64,000 nucleotides of DNA, from positions 138,364 through 202,363 of the forward strand of contig JAUICP010000006.1 in the NCBI GenBank assembly GCA_030427805.1, written 5' to 3'. Both the position numbers and the translations under genes were made by a program. The first letter of the stretch is position 1. Each line of letters opens with the position of its first letter. Below the pieces are notes generated by a model. The model had not been told where the DNA came from. It did not search any database and worked only from the letters and a program-made list of their open reading frames with translations. This stretch comes from Bdellovibrionia bacterium (GTDB lineage: Bacteria > Bdellovibrionota > Bdellovibrionia > Bdellovibrionales > JAGQZY01). Below are positions 38,614-48,469 of the stretch, piece after piece.

Positions 38614-38616
38614 CTC

Positions 38617-39462
38617 GTGAGTGAAAAAAAGCAAAAAACAATTTATATAATTTCTGATGGAACTGGAGAAACTGCCGTCACAATGATTCGCGCAGCACTC
38701 GTTCAATATCGCGATCTCGATATTAATATGGTTCGATGCAAGAATGTTCGAACAGAAGCCCAAGTAGAAAGCACAATGGATCAAGCTTTCGAGGCTCAAG
38801 CCATGGTCGTTCACACGGTTGTAAGTCCGCACCTACGCAAGAAACTTCGAGAAACTGCAGCTGCAAAAGCTCTGGTCGAATTAGATCTTATGGGCCCTAT
38901 GCTCAGTCGCTTGGATCGCTTTTTTGAGGTGGAGTCCAGCGAGGGTGAAGCCGGAATTCTGCGCACGGTGGATGATCGTTATTTTCGCAGAATAGAGGCT
39001 ATCGAATACACGGTTAAACATGACGACGGAAAAACATTTGCTAACCTCGATCAAGCCGACATCGTTTTGGTAGGTATAAGTAGAACGAGTAAAACTCCCC
39101 TTTCCATTTTTATGAGTCACAAGGGGTGGAAAGTCGCCAACGTTCCCCTTGTTAAAGAAACTCCACTCCCCGATGAACTCTTCGAAATTGACCAGAAAAA
39201 GATCGTCGCCCTGACCATTGACCCCAACTCTCTATATCGAATTCGTCGTAATCGCCTTGAAAAGTTTGGCCAAGACCCCGGTGGTGAATACGCACGTCTC
39301 GATCGCATCGAAGAAGAAATTGGTTGGGCCAATGATATTTTTAAGAAAAACCGCAAATGGCCGGTTTTTAATGTAACCGATCGCGCTCTCGAAGAAACGG
39401 CGACTGAAATAATTAAAATCGTCGCCGCTCGAATGGGTTTAAAAAACCCAATGCTCTTTTAG
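38617..39462 (+). CDS. PEP synthetase / pyruvate-phosphate-dikinase regulatory kinase-pyrophosphorylase (DUF299, PpsR/PDRP-like)
   Basis: IYIISDGTGETA at the N-terminus and the P-loop-like VLVGISRTSKTPLS. About 280 aa, as is typical. No ppsA or ppdK lies in the window. Confidence 0.85.
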   Translation: MSEKKQKTIYIISDGTGETAVTMIRAALVQYRDLDINMVRCKNVRTEAQVESTMDQAFEAQAMVVHTVVSPHLRKKLRETAAAKALVELDLMGPMLSRLDRFFEVESSEGEAGILRTVDDRYFRRIEAIEYTVKHDDGKTFANLDQADIVLVGISRTSKTPLSIFMSHKGWKVANVPLVKETPLPDELFEIDQKKIVALTIDPNSLYRIRRNRLEKFGQDPGGEYARLDRIEEEIGWANDIFKKNRKWPVFNVTDRALEETATEIIKIVAARMGLKNPMLF

Positions 39463-40373
39463 CGAGGTGTGGATTTAATCTGCTGTTCTATGGCTTTGTA
39501 AAAGACCTCAATAGTTTTATTCGGATGGTCTTTTTGTGAGTAGTAGTAAACATCAGCTTCGTAGCGAAGACCTTCAACATCAATCCTCGCCATTCTTCCC
39601 ATTCGAACCTGTTTACGAATACTATGGGCGGGTAAAAATCCCCAGCCAAGTCCCGACTCAACCACTCGTTTTAGGGTACCAACATTCGTCGATTCAAAAA
39701 CCGGCGCATAGGCTGTCGATGTATTTATAAATGAGTCCTTCAGTGTCTTTTCAAAATTGGGATAGGTATTAGAAAGGGCCACAAAAGGCTTACTCCCCAA
39801 ATCACTGACTTCAATTTTTTGCGGGAGAGCCGTTTCTTTGCCCGATGCCGCTAACCAGAGTTCATCTTTTAGAAGAAGTTGCTTGTCAGCATTAATCAAT
39901 GACTCATGAAATTCTGATTCGGTATTTGGCAGGATTGCCACATCCAATCGCCCTTCATTGAATTCCTGAATAATCTCCTCTCCCCGAGCGTAATTCAAAG
40001 AGATATTTAGTTTAGAATTGTGTTTTAGAAATAAGCCAACAACGGGACTAATCAAATAAAGCCCTAAGCTATTGATCGTGCCGATTCTCAAACTTCCAGA
40101 AATCTCCGCTCCAATCGTTTGAATGGCGACCTCTGCTTGTTGCGTAAGAGATATAATTCGTTTTGCATAATCGTAAAGTATTTGCCCTTGCAAAGTGGTT
40201 TTTGCTTGGCGAACTCCACGCACTAATAACTCAACACCCATTTCTTCTTCGAGATTTCTAATCTGCTGACTCACTGCCGGTTGGGTCAGAAAAAGGCGTT
40301 CAGCAGCTGCTGTCATGCTGCCTTCGTTGATAACTGTTGTGAATGTTATGAGTTGTTGGAGATTCATATTCAC
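39459..40373 (-). CDS. LysR-family transcriptional regulator
   Basis: N-terminal wHTH LQQLITFTTVINEGSMTAAAERLFLTQPAVSQQIRNLEEEMGVELL plus a ~200-aa substrate-binding domain. Confidence 0.92.
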   Translation of the reverse strand: MNMNLQQLITFTTVINEGSMTAAAERLFLTQPAVSQQIRNLEEEMGVELLVRGVRQAKTTLQGQILYDYAKRIISLTQQAEVAIQTIGAEISGSLRIGTINSLGLYLISPVVGLFLKHNSKLNISLNYARGEEIIQEFNEGRLDVAILPNTESEFHESLINADKQLLLKDELWLAASGKETALPQKIEVSDLGSKPFVALSNTYPNFEKTLKDSFINTSTAYAPVFESTNVGTLKRVVESGLGWGFLPAHSIRKQVRMGRMARIDVEGLRYEADVYYYSQKDHPNKTIEVFYKAIEQQIKSTPR

Positions 40374-40457
40374 CTTCCTTATTCTGAAATGCTTAGATGC
40401 GTTAGGACCTTTGCGAATTTATTATTACCTAATTTATTTCGTCCTGTCCCCTCTAAG

Positions 40458-40490
40458 TTATGGAAAATTTGAATAAATTCTTTTCCATAA
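40458..40490. promoter_or_regulatory. perfect 10-bp inverted repeat TTATGGAAAA-N13-TTTTCCATAA (candidate LysR operator)
   Basis: It lies in the divergent region, 85 nt from the LysR start and 100 nt from the protease start. Confidence 0.35.
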
Positions 40491-40590
40491 GGAATCATTA
40501 TAGCTGCAAAAAAAAGCTTCAAGTAGACAAAAATTAAAATATTAACTCCAATACCTAGGTCCATTGATGGACTGACCATATGGAGGGGTT

Positions 40591-42369
40591 ATGGTTCGCT
40601 TAGGAGTACTCACGATGAGTCTTATGATCCTTGCTGCTTGCGGGCAAAGGAGTCACTGGACTGAAAAGGTTCCAAATTCAAACTTAGAAACAGGATTTTT
40701 AGTAAAAACTGAAAAAGCAGAACTCGAAAGTTTTCTCGACAAGAACGGACTTGAGGCTCGAGTTATTAACGAAGAACAGGGGCTCTTCGAAGTTTTTGCC
40801 AAGGATCCAAGTCTCATTCAAGATCAACTGAAACCACGCTTTATGGAAAAGAACCAATATATGGAGAACTTGGTTCCCGTGGCAAATTCGCGGCCGTTGA
40901 TGCCTTCAAATGTCTTCTCCCAACTGATTAACAATCAAACGAGCGATGATTCCGAAGGTCTTGAGCGTTGTATTCCCATGCGCAAGAAGCCTGACTTACA
41001 ATTAGTTATTAAAAGAGACGGACAAGCCGTTGTCGGCATGCCGACGATTGAACTTGGGTCTGAGTTTAGCTTCGATGCCTCGGGCTCGAAAAACCATGCT
41101 GATGTCAGCGGAGACCTAAAAATTGCCTTCGCTGTCATGGCACCACAATTTTCAGATCAATCTTCGTCGGGTCCGACAATGCAAGACCAACTCACTTTGA
41201 AGCCCGATGCTCTAGGCATGTACCAGGTCATGGTTCTCGTCCAAGACGAAAACAGAAGCTGCGACTATTCAGGCTTTGCTTTTATGGTGACTTCGAATCC
41301 TGAATTCCCCGGCAATCAAGAAATCAAAGATCTCGATGAGTCCATACTCAAAAACTTTCGGCACCTTGATCCTATTAATGCTAGAGAGGCCTGGAAACAC
41401 TCCATGGGTGAAGGCCAAGTCATTGCCATTGCCGATACAGGTGTCGACTACGCCCACCCAGCCTTGAGTGGAAACTTTCTTACAAATGACGGAGAGATTC
41501 CAAATAATGGTATCGACGATGATGGCAATGGATACATCGACGATTACGTAGGATACGATTTTTCAAATAATGACGGACATCCCTTTGATGACGGTGGACA
41601 CGGCAGTCATGTGGCTGGCCTTTCTTCGTCTCCTTACTTCGGGACAGCCCCTCGATCAAAAATTCTACCGGTAAAACTTCTCAATGCCGCGGGCGGTGGA
41701 GATATTGGTACCATTATTAAAGGTTTCTATTACGCCGTCGATCGTGGTGCCGACATTATTAATGCTTCCCTTGGCAGTCATTCTACGGAATTTCTCCTTC
41801 TCAAAGAAGCCATCGACTACGCCGAGAAAAACGATGTTCTCGTCGTCGTATCTTCAGGAAATGGGGATCCTAGAACCGGAAGAAGTTTAGATATCGATAC
41901 TTACCCACAATGGCCCGCTAGTTTTAAAAACGACAATATAATAACCGTGGGCGCAACATCGATCGACCGATCACTCACCTTTTATGCAAATACTGGCGTA
42001 GAGGCCGTCGATATCGTCGCTCCGGGTGGGGATGAAATTGAAGGATTGATTTCCGCAGCCTCTTGGAATCCAAAAGGAGTCGCGCTCGTACCCCAAGTCG
42101 GAACTTCCATGGCAACACCAGTAGTTGCAGGTGCCGCTGCCGTCGTTCGCGCATTACATCCGCAGCTCTCTGCTTCAGAGATCAAAGATCTACTGATGAA
42201 CCGCTCCTATGAAGTCGTTTCCTACAAAGACTTGATACGTTCATCAGGGTTCTTAGATATGCAATTGGCAACTCGAAGAAATTCACCAACGGTTTTGGCC
42301 GAAGCTCCTCTGCAAACGACGACTTCCAAGCCAGGCCCACTTAAAGCTGCCTTTGATTTAATCAACTAA
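40591..42369 (+). CDS. subtilisin-like (S8) serine protease lipoprotein
   Basis: Lipobox ILAAC. The catalytic triad contexts are AIADTGVDYAHP (Asp), HGSHVAG (His) and GTSMATPVVAG (Ser). Confidence 0.9.
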   Translation: MVRLGVLTMSLMILAACGQRSHWTEKVPNSNLETGFLVKTEKAELESFLDKNGLEARVINEEQGLFEVFAKDPSLIQDQLKPRFMEKNQYMENLVPVANSRPLMPSNVFSQLINNQTSDDSEGLERCIPMRKKPDLQLVIKRDGQAVVGMPTIELGSEFSFDASGSKNHADVSGDLKIAFAVMAPQFSDQSSSGPTMQDQLTLKPDALGMYQVMVLVQDENRSCDYSGFAFMVTSNPEFPGNQEIKDLDESILKNFRHLDPINAREAWKHSMGEGQVIAIADTGVDYAHPALSGNFLTNDGEIPNNGIDDDGNGYIDDYVGYDFSNNDGHPFDDGGHGSHVAGLSSSPYFGTAPRSKILPVKLLNAAGGGDIGTIIKGFYYAVDRGADIINASLGSHSTEFLLLKEAIDYAEKNDVLVVVSSGNGDPRTGRSLDIDTYPQWPASFKNDNIITVGATSIDRSLTFYANTGVEAVDIVAPGGDEIEGLISAASWNPKGVALVPQVGTSMATPVVAGAAAVVRALHPQLSASEIKDLLMNRSYEVVSYKDLIRSSGFLDMQLATRRNSPTVLAEAPLQTTTSKPGPLKAAFDLIN

Positions 42370-42405
42370 CAGACTTAAGTTTTTACAATTCATGCAATTA
42401 ATTAA

Positions 42406-42430
42406 CCCGGCCGCTGGCCGGGCTTTTTTT
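42406..42430 (+). terminator. intrinsic terminator of the S8 protease gene
   Basis: CCCGGCC-gct-GGCCGGG followed by C-TTTTTTT. Confidence 0.8.
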
Positions 42431-42454
42431 ATCCTGACGAAAGTCTTGAGTGTC

Positions 42455-42469
42455 GTATCATTATGATAC
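42455..42469. promoter_or_regulatory. perfect 15-bp palindrome GTATCAT-T-ATGATAC
   Basis: It lies 63 nt upstream of the ATG at 42532 and contains a TATGAT -10-like hexamer. Confidence 0.25.
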
Positions 42470-42531
42470 TCTAATCAAAATCGTTTCACTTTTAGATAAC
42501 AATTCAGCCATATTCTTTTTAAAATAAAGGT

Positions 42532-43305
42532 ATGTTTTGTTTTCGTAAGTTCAGTCAATTCGCTCTCTTAGGATTAACCTTGCTCTTTCTCTCGAGCCCC
42601 GCTTCTGCACGGGTTTTCAGGAATGCCTATGTGAGTTTCGAGCTTCCTGAAAAGTGGAATTGCCTTTTAGAAGATACCGAATGGGTTTGCCGATCCACCT
42701 TTGCTCAACAGGCTAAAGAAGCCATTATCATACTAACGGCCAAAGAAGTTGGACCAAATGATAGTTACCAAAAGTACCAAGCCTTTCTAAAAAACCCACG
42801 ACAAGTGATGACTCGTCGAGGAGCTCGAATTTCTTCACGGGTTTTTCACGCCAAACCCGTTCGAATCTCAAATCACCTTTGGATTGATGGGTTTCATCTC
42901 GGCAGTGAGATTCCGAATTACTACACAAGATACCTTGCGACTGTGAAGCAGAAGATCGCAATCCTTGTGACCTTTTCAGCCCATAAACTTCACTACACTA
43001 AGTACTCCTCTGACTTTTTTAAGGCGATTCAAAGTTTAAAAGTTGTCGCTTCAAAGTCTTTGCTCTCGAAAAAGACAATTGGCGGCCGACCGGGAAGTTC
43101 AGGGACCTTTGGTACCAACCTAGAAGGTGATCTTCCGATGGGTTTAGATGGGGATTTTGACGGTGAAGGGAGCGTTGGCGGAGGCAGTGGCCTCGATGCC
43201 ACCTCATTATTTGGCCTCGCCGTGATTCTCGGAGCCCTCGGTTTTTATTTCTGGATGAAAAAGAAGAAAAAGCCCAAGGTTAAGAAGAAAAAGAAAAAGG
43301 CCTAA
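42532..43305 (+). CDS. exported, C-terminally anchored protein with a poly-Lys tail, unknown function
   Basis: Signal peptide (ALLGLTLLFLSSPASA), a Gly/Asp-rich linker, then a TM helix (LFGLAVILGALGFYFW) followed by MKKKKKPKVKKKKKKA. Confidence 0.7.
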   Translation: MFCFRKFSQFALLGLTLLFLSSPASARVFRNAYVSFELPEKWNCLLEDTEWVCRSTFAQQAKEAIIILTAKEVGPNDSYQKYQAFLKNPRQVMTRRGARISSRVFHAKPVRISNHLWIDGFHLGSEIPNYYTRYLATVKQKIAILVTFSAHKLHYTKYSSDFFKAIQSLKVVASKSLLSKKTIGGRPGSSGTFGTNLEGDLPMGLDGDFDGEGSVGGGSGLDATSLFGLAVILGALGFYFWMKKKKKPKVKKKKKKA

Positions 43306-43403
43306 GGGTGATCGACTCATCGCACAATCAACCTGTGTCTTTGAAAAAATTGCAGAGCCCCGCAAAAACTTGATCCCCAGCAGTCTTATGTCATTCTTGG
43401 TCC

Positions 43404-43718
43404 ATGGAATTATTTAGAAATCTATTAGAGCCCATGAGCTGGTGGCAACTCCTACTACTATCTTTTGTTTTAAGCTTCACATTGTTCTTTTCAATGCGAG
43501 AGTTTCTCAGTTGGTATCTAAAGGTTCACGATCTCAAGACCGAAATCAAAAAGCTCATGGCAAGAATTGATGACCTAGAGGCGTTGATTCGAGAAGGTAA
43601 ATCCGAGCCATTCGGCATACAAAATGCCGAACAAAAAAAAGACGACTCCGAAGAGCCGTCTATTGATTTTAACTTGAACGAAAAACCGAGTGTTAATCAA
43701 TTCCCCATTGATCACTAA
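43404..43718 (+). CDS. small membrane / coiled-coil protein, unknown function
   Basis: One TM helix (WWQLLLLSFVLSFTLFF) and then a helical segment (IKKLMARIDDLEALIRE). Confidence 0.55.
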   Translation: MELFRNLLEPMSWWQLLLLSFVLSFTLFFSMREFLSWYLKVHDLKTEIKKLMARIDDLEALIREGKSEPFGIQNAEQKKDDSEEPSIDFNLNEKPSVNQFPIDH

Positions 43719-43728
43719 ACACTAAACA

Positions 43729-45126
43729 CTAAAGTAAATCCCCTGCTTCTTTGATCTCCACAGGGCCCAGTGCCTGAACCTGTTTGAGAGAAGCTTTCTT
43801 GTCGCCATAAACGAGTATCTTCATGTTTTTAGGATTCATATACTTCTTGATAACTCGATTGACGTCAGCAACGTCGATTTTATCAATATTACTGATATAG
43901 TCGTTGAGGTAATCATCACTAATGCCGTAATACCTCAACACGAGAAGGTTGTAAGCCAAGCGTTCTGGCGTCTCGATACTTCGCGGAAATAAACCTTTAA
44001 GGTAGGCCTTGGCCGATGAAATTTCTTTTTCACTGACTCCCTCTTGATGAAACTTCTCGAGCAACTTCAAAATCTCTTCAAGGGTTTTTCCGACAGTTTG
44101 GCTTTTAGTAAATGTCGAAACTTCGAAAGGCCCAAAATCTTCTCGAGCATCGAAACTTGAATAAATAGAATAGGTCAATCCCAGTTGGGCTCTGATCTTA
44201 TTTACGAGACGACTCGAAAAAGCTCCCCCCAGAATGGTATTGGCAACTCTCAAGGTCAGGAAATCCTCATTGGATCTCTTGATTCCTTTTGTTCCCAAAC
44301 GAATCTGCGCCTGAACAAGTCCATTCTTGTGAATGAAACGAAGTTTGCGCCCTTCAATACTCGGGAAAGCACTAAAGTTAGATTTCTTGGAATCAAAAGA
44401 CTTCCACTGCCCCATATTGGCTTCAATCTCTTTTTTCAAGCTTTGATCAATCTTACCTACGACAGCTAAAATAGAGTTGTTGGGTCGATAGTTTCTCGCA
44501 TAAAACTTATTAACATCCTTTTTACGAATCGAAGATATGGACTTCTTTGTACCCGTTGAAGGTTTCGCATAGGGATGATTTTCGAAAAGATAATTCTGCC
44601 AAGCGACATTAGCAAAGTAGCCGGGGCTATCAATTCTCTTGATCGACTGAGCAATGTACTGATTTTTCAAGTCACGAATTTCTTTTTTATCGAACCCCGG
44701 CTTTAAAATCACCTTTGAATAGAGTTTAAATACCTCGGGTGCGTGAAATGAAAGGGCCGTCGTTGAAAGGACCGTAAAGTCCTCACTCACCATAGAGCCA
44801 AATTCCGTTCCGTACTGACCAAAAGCTTCGCTTATCTGAATGGCATTCATTTCGCGAGTTCCCTTACTCAAAAGGTCACTGGTCAAACTCGCTAGTCCCG
44901 CCTGGGTCGCTGGGTCCGTCGCTGAGCCCGAACCAATGAGCATTCTAAAAGATACGTAAGGAAGGCTATCGTCACTGACATATAATACTCTTAGACCGTT
45001 TTCTAGAGTCACTTCTTTGTAGTCGCGGAGCTCAAAGGAGGATCCCCCTCCGAGGTTCACCGACGCGCAGGCCGAAAGCAACAGAAACCCACCAAGAAGA
45101 AAAAAGTTTTTTACTAAGACTCTCAC
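43729..45126 (-). CDS. M16-family peptidase subunit lacking the zinc motif (lipoprotein)
   Basis: Lipobox LLSAC and the M16 fold pattern, but no HxxEH motif. Its GTG start overlaps the upstream M16 gene's stop (GTGA) and has a GGAG SD. Confidence 0.8.
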   Translation of the reverse strand: MRVLVKNFFLLGGFLLLSACASVNLGGGSSFELRDYKEVTLENGLRVLYVSDDSLPYVSFRMLIGSGSATDPATQAGLASLTSDLLSKGTREMNAIQISEAFGQYGTEFGSMVSEDFTVLSTTALSFHAPEVFKLYSKVILKPGFDKKEIRDLKNQYIAQSIKRIDSPGYFANVAWQNYLFENHPYAKPSTGTKKSISSIRKKDVNKFYARNYRPNNSILAVVGKIDQSLKKEIEANMGQWKSFDSKKSNFSAFPSIEGRKLRFIHKNGLVQAQIRLGTKGIKRSNEDFLTLRVANTILGGAFSSRLVNKIRAQLGLTYSIYSSFDAREDFGPFEVSTFTKSQTVGKTLEEILKLLEKFHQEGVSEKEISSAKAYLKGLFPRSIETPERLAYNLLVLRYYGISDDYLNDYISNIDKIDVADVNRVIKKYMNPKNMKILVYGDKKASLKQVQALGPVEIKEAGDLL

Positions 45127-46490
45127 TGTTGAACTCCTTGTGTATTCGCTGAAACATTTCGTGGCTTAACAACAACCCAAGAGGCTTGCTTGGGTGTTAG
45201 ATACTTTTTAGCAACTTCCTGTATATCAATGGCAGTTACCTGATTGTAACGATCGAGATCCTTGAAGAACTCAGAATAATCCCCAAATAGAATTTCGTTG
45301 AGAGCTAAGATATTTGCCTTTCCATCAACCGTTTTCATTGAACTCACATAGGAGAGCATTGTTTGATTCTTCGCCTTCTGGAGTTCTTGTTCGGAAACGC
45401 GGGTGCTTCGCATCTTATAGATCTCGCCCAAAAGTGCCTGTTGAATTTGCGACTCAGGTACTCCTGGCTTTAAAGAAACTCGGACTTGAAAGACTCCAGG
45501 GTCTTTGCCGCTGGCATTGTAAGCACCAACTGAGGTGGCTTTCTTGTTGCGATAAACGAGACGCGTATAAAGGCGACTTGAAGTTCCACTTCCAAGAATT
45601 CGTCCCAACAAATCGAGCGCATAGGTATCCTTATCGCTGGCAGCGGGCCCCCGATAGGCTAAAGACACAAGAGGAGCTTGAACATCTTTAGTGACGACCT
45701 GTTGCCGAAAACCACTCTGCACAGGTTCACTGGCGTACTTCTGCTCCGGCAAAGGCTGAGCCTTGAGTGGGCCGTAGTACTTTTGAATCATTTTTTTAAC
45801 GTTGGAGGTATTAAAATCACCAGCAATAACCAGTACGGCGTTACTGGGTGCATAGTAGGTCTTGTACCACTGCTTGAAGTCTTCAAGTTTATAACTGGAA
45901 ATATCTTTCATCCAACCGATAACCGGCCAGCGATAGGGATGAACCCTAAAAACAGTTCTATAAATATTTTCGTAAAGCACTCCGCCAGGGCGATTATCGA
46001 CTCGCATGCGACGCTCTTCTTTAACGACTTCCCTCTCAGCTCCTAGCATCTCTTCATTGAGATCTAAGTTCACCATGCGATCGGATTCGATATCCATAAT
46101 GAGTTCTAACTTATCACTTGGAAAGTTCTCGTAGTAACCCGTGTAGTCATGGGACGTGAACGCATTATTAGTGGCTCCGTTGGCCTGAAGTAGCTCGTCG
46201 AACTTTTTATTCGGATACTTCTTTGTCCCTTTAAACATCAAGTGTTCGAACATATGAGCGATCCCCGTAATACCAGGTCGTTCATGACGAGAACCGACTC
46301 TAAACCAGGTATGATAACTAATAATGGGGAGACTGTGATCTTCGTGGAGTAACACCGTCAATCCGTTATCAAGTTTATACTTCTCAACAGGAATTCGAAT
46401 TTGAGAACTCAATTTAGTCTGCAGAGGCGTCTCTGCATGGGCACTACAAAATGCGAACACCATAAGTAGGCCAACATAAAGCTTTTTCAT
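45123..46490 (-). CDS. M16 (pitrilysin-family) zinc peptidase, catalytic subunit
   Basis: Signal peptide. The inverted zinc motif HxxEH occurs in GIAHMFEHLMFKGT, with a downstream E in EREVVKEERR. Confidence 0.88.
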   Translation of the reverse strand: MKKLYVGLLMVFAFCSAHAETPLQTKLSSQIRIPVEKYKLDNGLTVLLHEDHSLPIISYHTWFRVGSRHERPGITGIAHMFEHLMFKGTKKYPNKKFDELLQANGATNNAFTSHDYTGYYENFPSDKLELIMDIESDRMVNLDLNEEMLGAEREVVKEERRMRVDNRPGGVLYENIYRTVFRVHPYRWPVIGWMKDISSYKLEDFKQWYKTYYAPSNAVLVIAGDFNTSNVKKMIQKYYGPLKAQPLPEQKYASEPVQSGFRQQVVTKDVQAPLVSLAYRGPAASDKDTYALDLLGRILGSGTSSRLYTRLVYRNKKATSVGAYNASGKDPGVFQVRVSLKPGVPESQIQQALLGEIYKMRSTRVSEQELQKAKNQTMLSYVSSMKTVDGKANILALNEILFGDYSEFFKDLDRYNQVTAIDIQEVAKKYLTPKQASWVVVKPRNVSANTQGVQQ

Positions 46491-46555
46491 AATTTTCCTC
46501 CAAGATCTTATTCTAAACAGAGCCTTCGAAGGGTCAATATATGCTGTGGTTAGAT

Positions 46556-47068
46556 TTACCGAGCTTGTACAACAAAGCGTGAAAAGTAGACGTCTTTAAC
46601 TACACCCTCGTCGAGGAAGTCGTTAATAGCGACCGTGATTTGGTCTTTTAAGAAAAGTTTTCCCTGAATATTTTCAAGATCCTTTTTTTCTTTTTTATTG
46701 AGAATTCTAACAATGGCGTCCCGGGCCTTTGGGTTCTCTGAGATGACTTCCTCAAAACCATCCTCATCCAGAAGTTCAATGGAGACTTCGAGGTTAATCA
46801 CATGACGCGGCGTTAATAGATTCACGGTGAAGGGCTCTAGGGAATAAAGAATTGGATCTCCCTTTTCGAATTGCTTTTGGAACTGCGTGTCCATGAAGAT
46901 ATCCTGCTCTGTAAGCATCGGAGGCTTGTATCCCATGGTCATGGTGTACACCAAATAAGCTCCCCCACCCATAACCACAAGGTTAAGGAGGGCAAAAACC
47001 TGCAAGAGCAGCTTTTTAATATTTCGACCTTTGGGCGCTTCAGCCCCTTCTGGATTCTCTGCCATCAC
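46556..47068 (-). CDS. fliL: flagellar basal-body-associated protein FliL
   Basis: One TM helix, then YSLEPFTVNL...LEVSIELLD...ARDAIVRILNKK...LENIQGKLFLKDQI...VKDVYFSRFVVQ, matching the FliL pattern. Confidence 0.85.
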   Translation of the reverse strand: MMAENPEGAEAPKGRNIKKLLLQVFALLNLVVMGGGAYLVYTMTMGYKPPMLTEQDIFMDTQFQKQFEKGDPILYSLEPFTVNLLTPRHVINLEVSIELLDEDGFEEVISENPKARDAIVRILNKKEKKDLENIQGKLFLKDQITVAINDFLDEGVVKDVYFSRFVVQAR

Positions 47069-47129
47069 TTTCTTTTCGGAATGACGCTAGGCTAACTCAA
47101 TGGAATCCTTTGAATTGAGAGAAGTATTT

Positions 47130-47145
47130 TGCAACACTTTTACCA
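47130..47145 (-). promoter_or_regulatory. candidate sigma-54 promoter upstream of fliL
   Basis: The minus strand reads TGGTAA-AAGTG-TTGCA. The GG and GC invariants have the canonical spacing of TGGCAC-N5-TTGCA. It lies about 60-75 nt upstream of the fliL ATG. Confidence 0.35.
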
Positions 47146-47260
47146 AAGTCTAGGTCGGTAAAGTGTCTCAATAGTGAATAAGTTGATGGACTTTAGCCGA
47201 GTCTCATTGGCAGATGCCTCTGAGCCCCTTAAAATAAGGTAATAACTGACGGTTGGTGAT

Positions 47261-48403
47261 ATGCGTAATTTATTTGTCATTTTGATCACTTTTCTTCTTA
47301 GCTTAAGTCCCATGGCCAACGAGGCCACGAACTTAGAGTCCAATGCGCAGAAGCAACAAAGCGAAACGAATTTGATTACCGACGATCAGGACGACGCCAA
47401 TGAAGAAACCTCGTCCATATCTCCTGAGGATCAAAAGTTTGAACAGAGAGATCTGAGTCAGTACGGAGTGAACTCCATTCCTGAAGGACTCATTCAATTG
47501 GGCAAAGAATCCAATTACTTTTCTCCTTACGTTTTCATCGTTGATAAAACGGATCGCGTACTCAGTATTTGGGAAGAAACTCCTATGGGAGTGAAAAGAG
47601 TTGCCGCCTACACCGCTGATATCGGCAAGAACCAATCAGATAAAAAAATTCTTGGTGATAAGGCGACCCCTGAAGGTATTTATTTTATGCTCGAAAAGTA
47701 CGAAGCAGAAGTACTCGACTTTTCACGATATGGAAGCCGTGCTTTTACTCTCGACTACCCCAATTTCTATGACAAGTTAGAACGTAAGACCGGAAGTGGA
47801 ATTTGGCTTCACGCCGTACCCGATACGGTTTCTCTGCGCCGAGGCTCTAGGGGCTGTGTGGTCGTTAGGGATGAGATTATTAAAAATCTTCACCCCTATT
47901 ATAAACCTGGCTTTACTCCCGTTATCATTCAAGAGAACGTCAAAATGCGAAGTCGGAAAGAGGCGAAGAACCTAAGGAAAGAACTGAATCAACTGGTCGA
48001 AAACTGGCGCCAAAGTTGGGTTCAAGGTGATATCGATACTTACATCAAATATTATCACTCCCAGTTTAAATCTCTAGGCATGAACAAAGAGATGTGGGAA
48101 AAGTATAAAAGGGACCTCAGTGAACGCTATCAGAAAATCGGAGTTCAGCTCTCCCGCCCGGTTATTTACGAACACAAAAATGAAGTCATTGTCCGATTCG
48201 TGCAAAAGTACTCATCTAATGAATATTCCGACTTTGGGCAAAAAACTCTTTATCTCAAGAAAGAAAACGGGTCCTATAAAATTCTCGGTGAGCAATGGAA
48301 GAAAGATGGAAGTCGCCTTGCTCTCGACGAATTAAGAGGACGTTCGATGGTGAGTATGTGCCAAAACCTCATCCAATGCGGCAAAGATGTGATACCAAAC
48401 TAG
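47261..48403 (+). CDS. L,D-transpeptidase (YkuD) with a C-terminal NTF2/SnoaL-like domain
   Basis: Signal peptide. The catalytic block GIWLHAVPDTVSLRRGSRGCVVV fits H-x(n)-S-x-GC. The C-terminal ~130 aa resemble the DUF4440/SnoaL fold (WRQSWVQGDIDTYIKYY). Confidence 0.85.
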   Translation: MRNLFVILITFLLSLSPMANEATNLESNAQKQQSETNLITDDQDDANEETSSISPEDQKFEQRDLSQYGVNSIPEGLIQLGKESNYFSPYVFIVDKTDRVLSIWEETPMGVKRVAAYTADIGKNQSDKKILGDKATPEGIYFMLEKYEAEVLDFSRYGSRAFTLDYPNFYDKLERKTGSGIWLHAVPDTVSLRRGSRGCVVVRDEIIKNLHPYYKPGFTPVIIQENVKMRSRKEAKNLRKELNQLVENWRQSWVQGDIDTYIKYYHSQFKSLGMNKEMWEKYKRDLSERYQKIGVQLSRPVIYEHKNEVIVRFVQKYSSNEYSDFGQKTLYLKKENGSYKILGEQWKKDGSRLALDELRGRSMVSMCQNLIQCGKDVIPN

Positions 48404-48446
48404 GTTTCTAAATCTTTTTACAACCCACTAAAATTTCGACAGCAAA

Positions 48447-48469
48447 ACAGCGACCATTTTTGTCGCTGT
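48447..48469. other. 8-bp stem-loop ACAGCGAC-cattttt-GTCGCTGT between ldt and the giant gene
   Basis: Perfect stem with no U-tract on the + strand and TTTT on the - strand. Its role is unclear: an atypical terminator or a leader structure. Confidence 0.3.

Noticed and set aside
43713-43735. A short direct repeat, cactaaa ×3, at the junction of two converging genes.
   Set aside because: It is a 7-nt unit with three copies and overlaps a stop codon. Too small to be meaningful.
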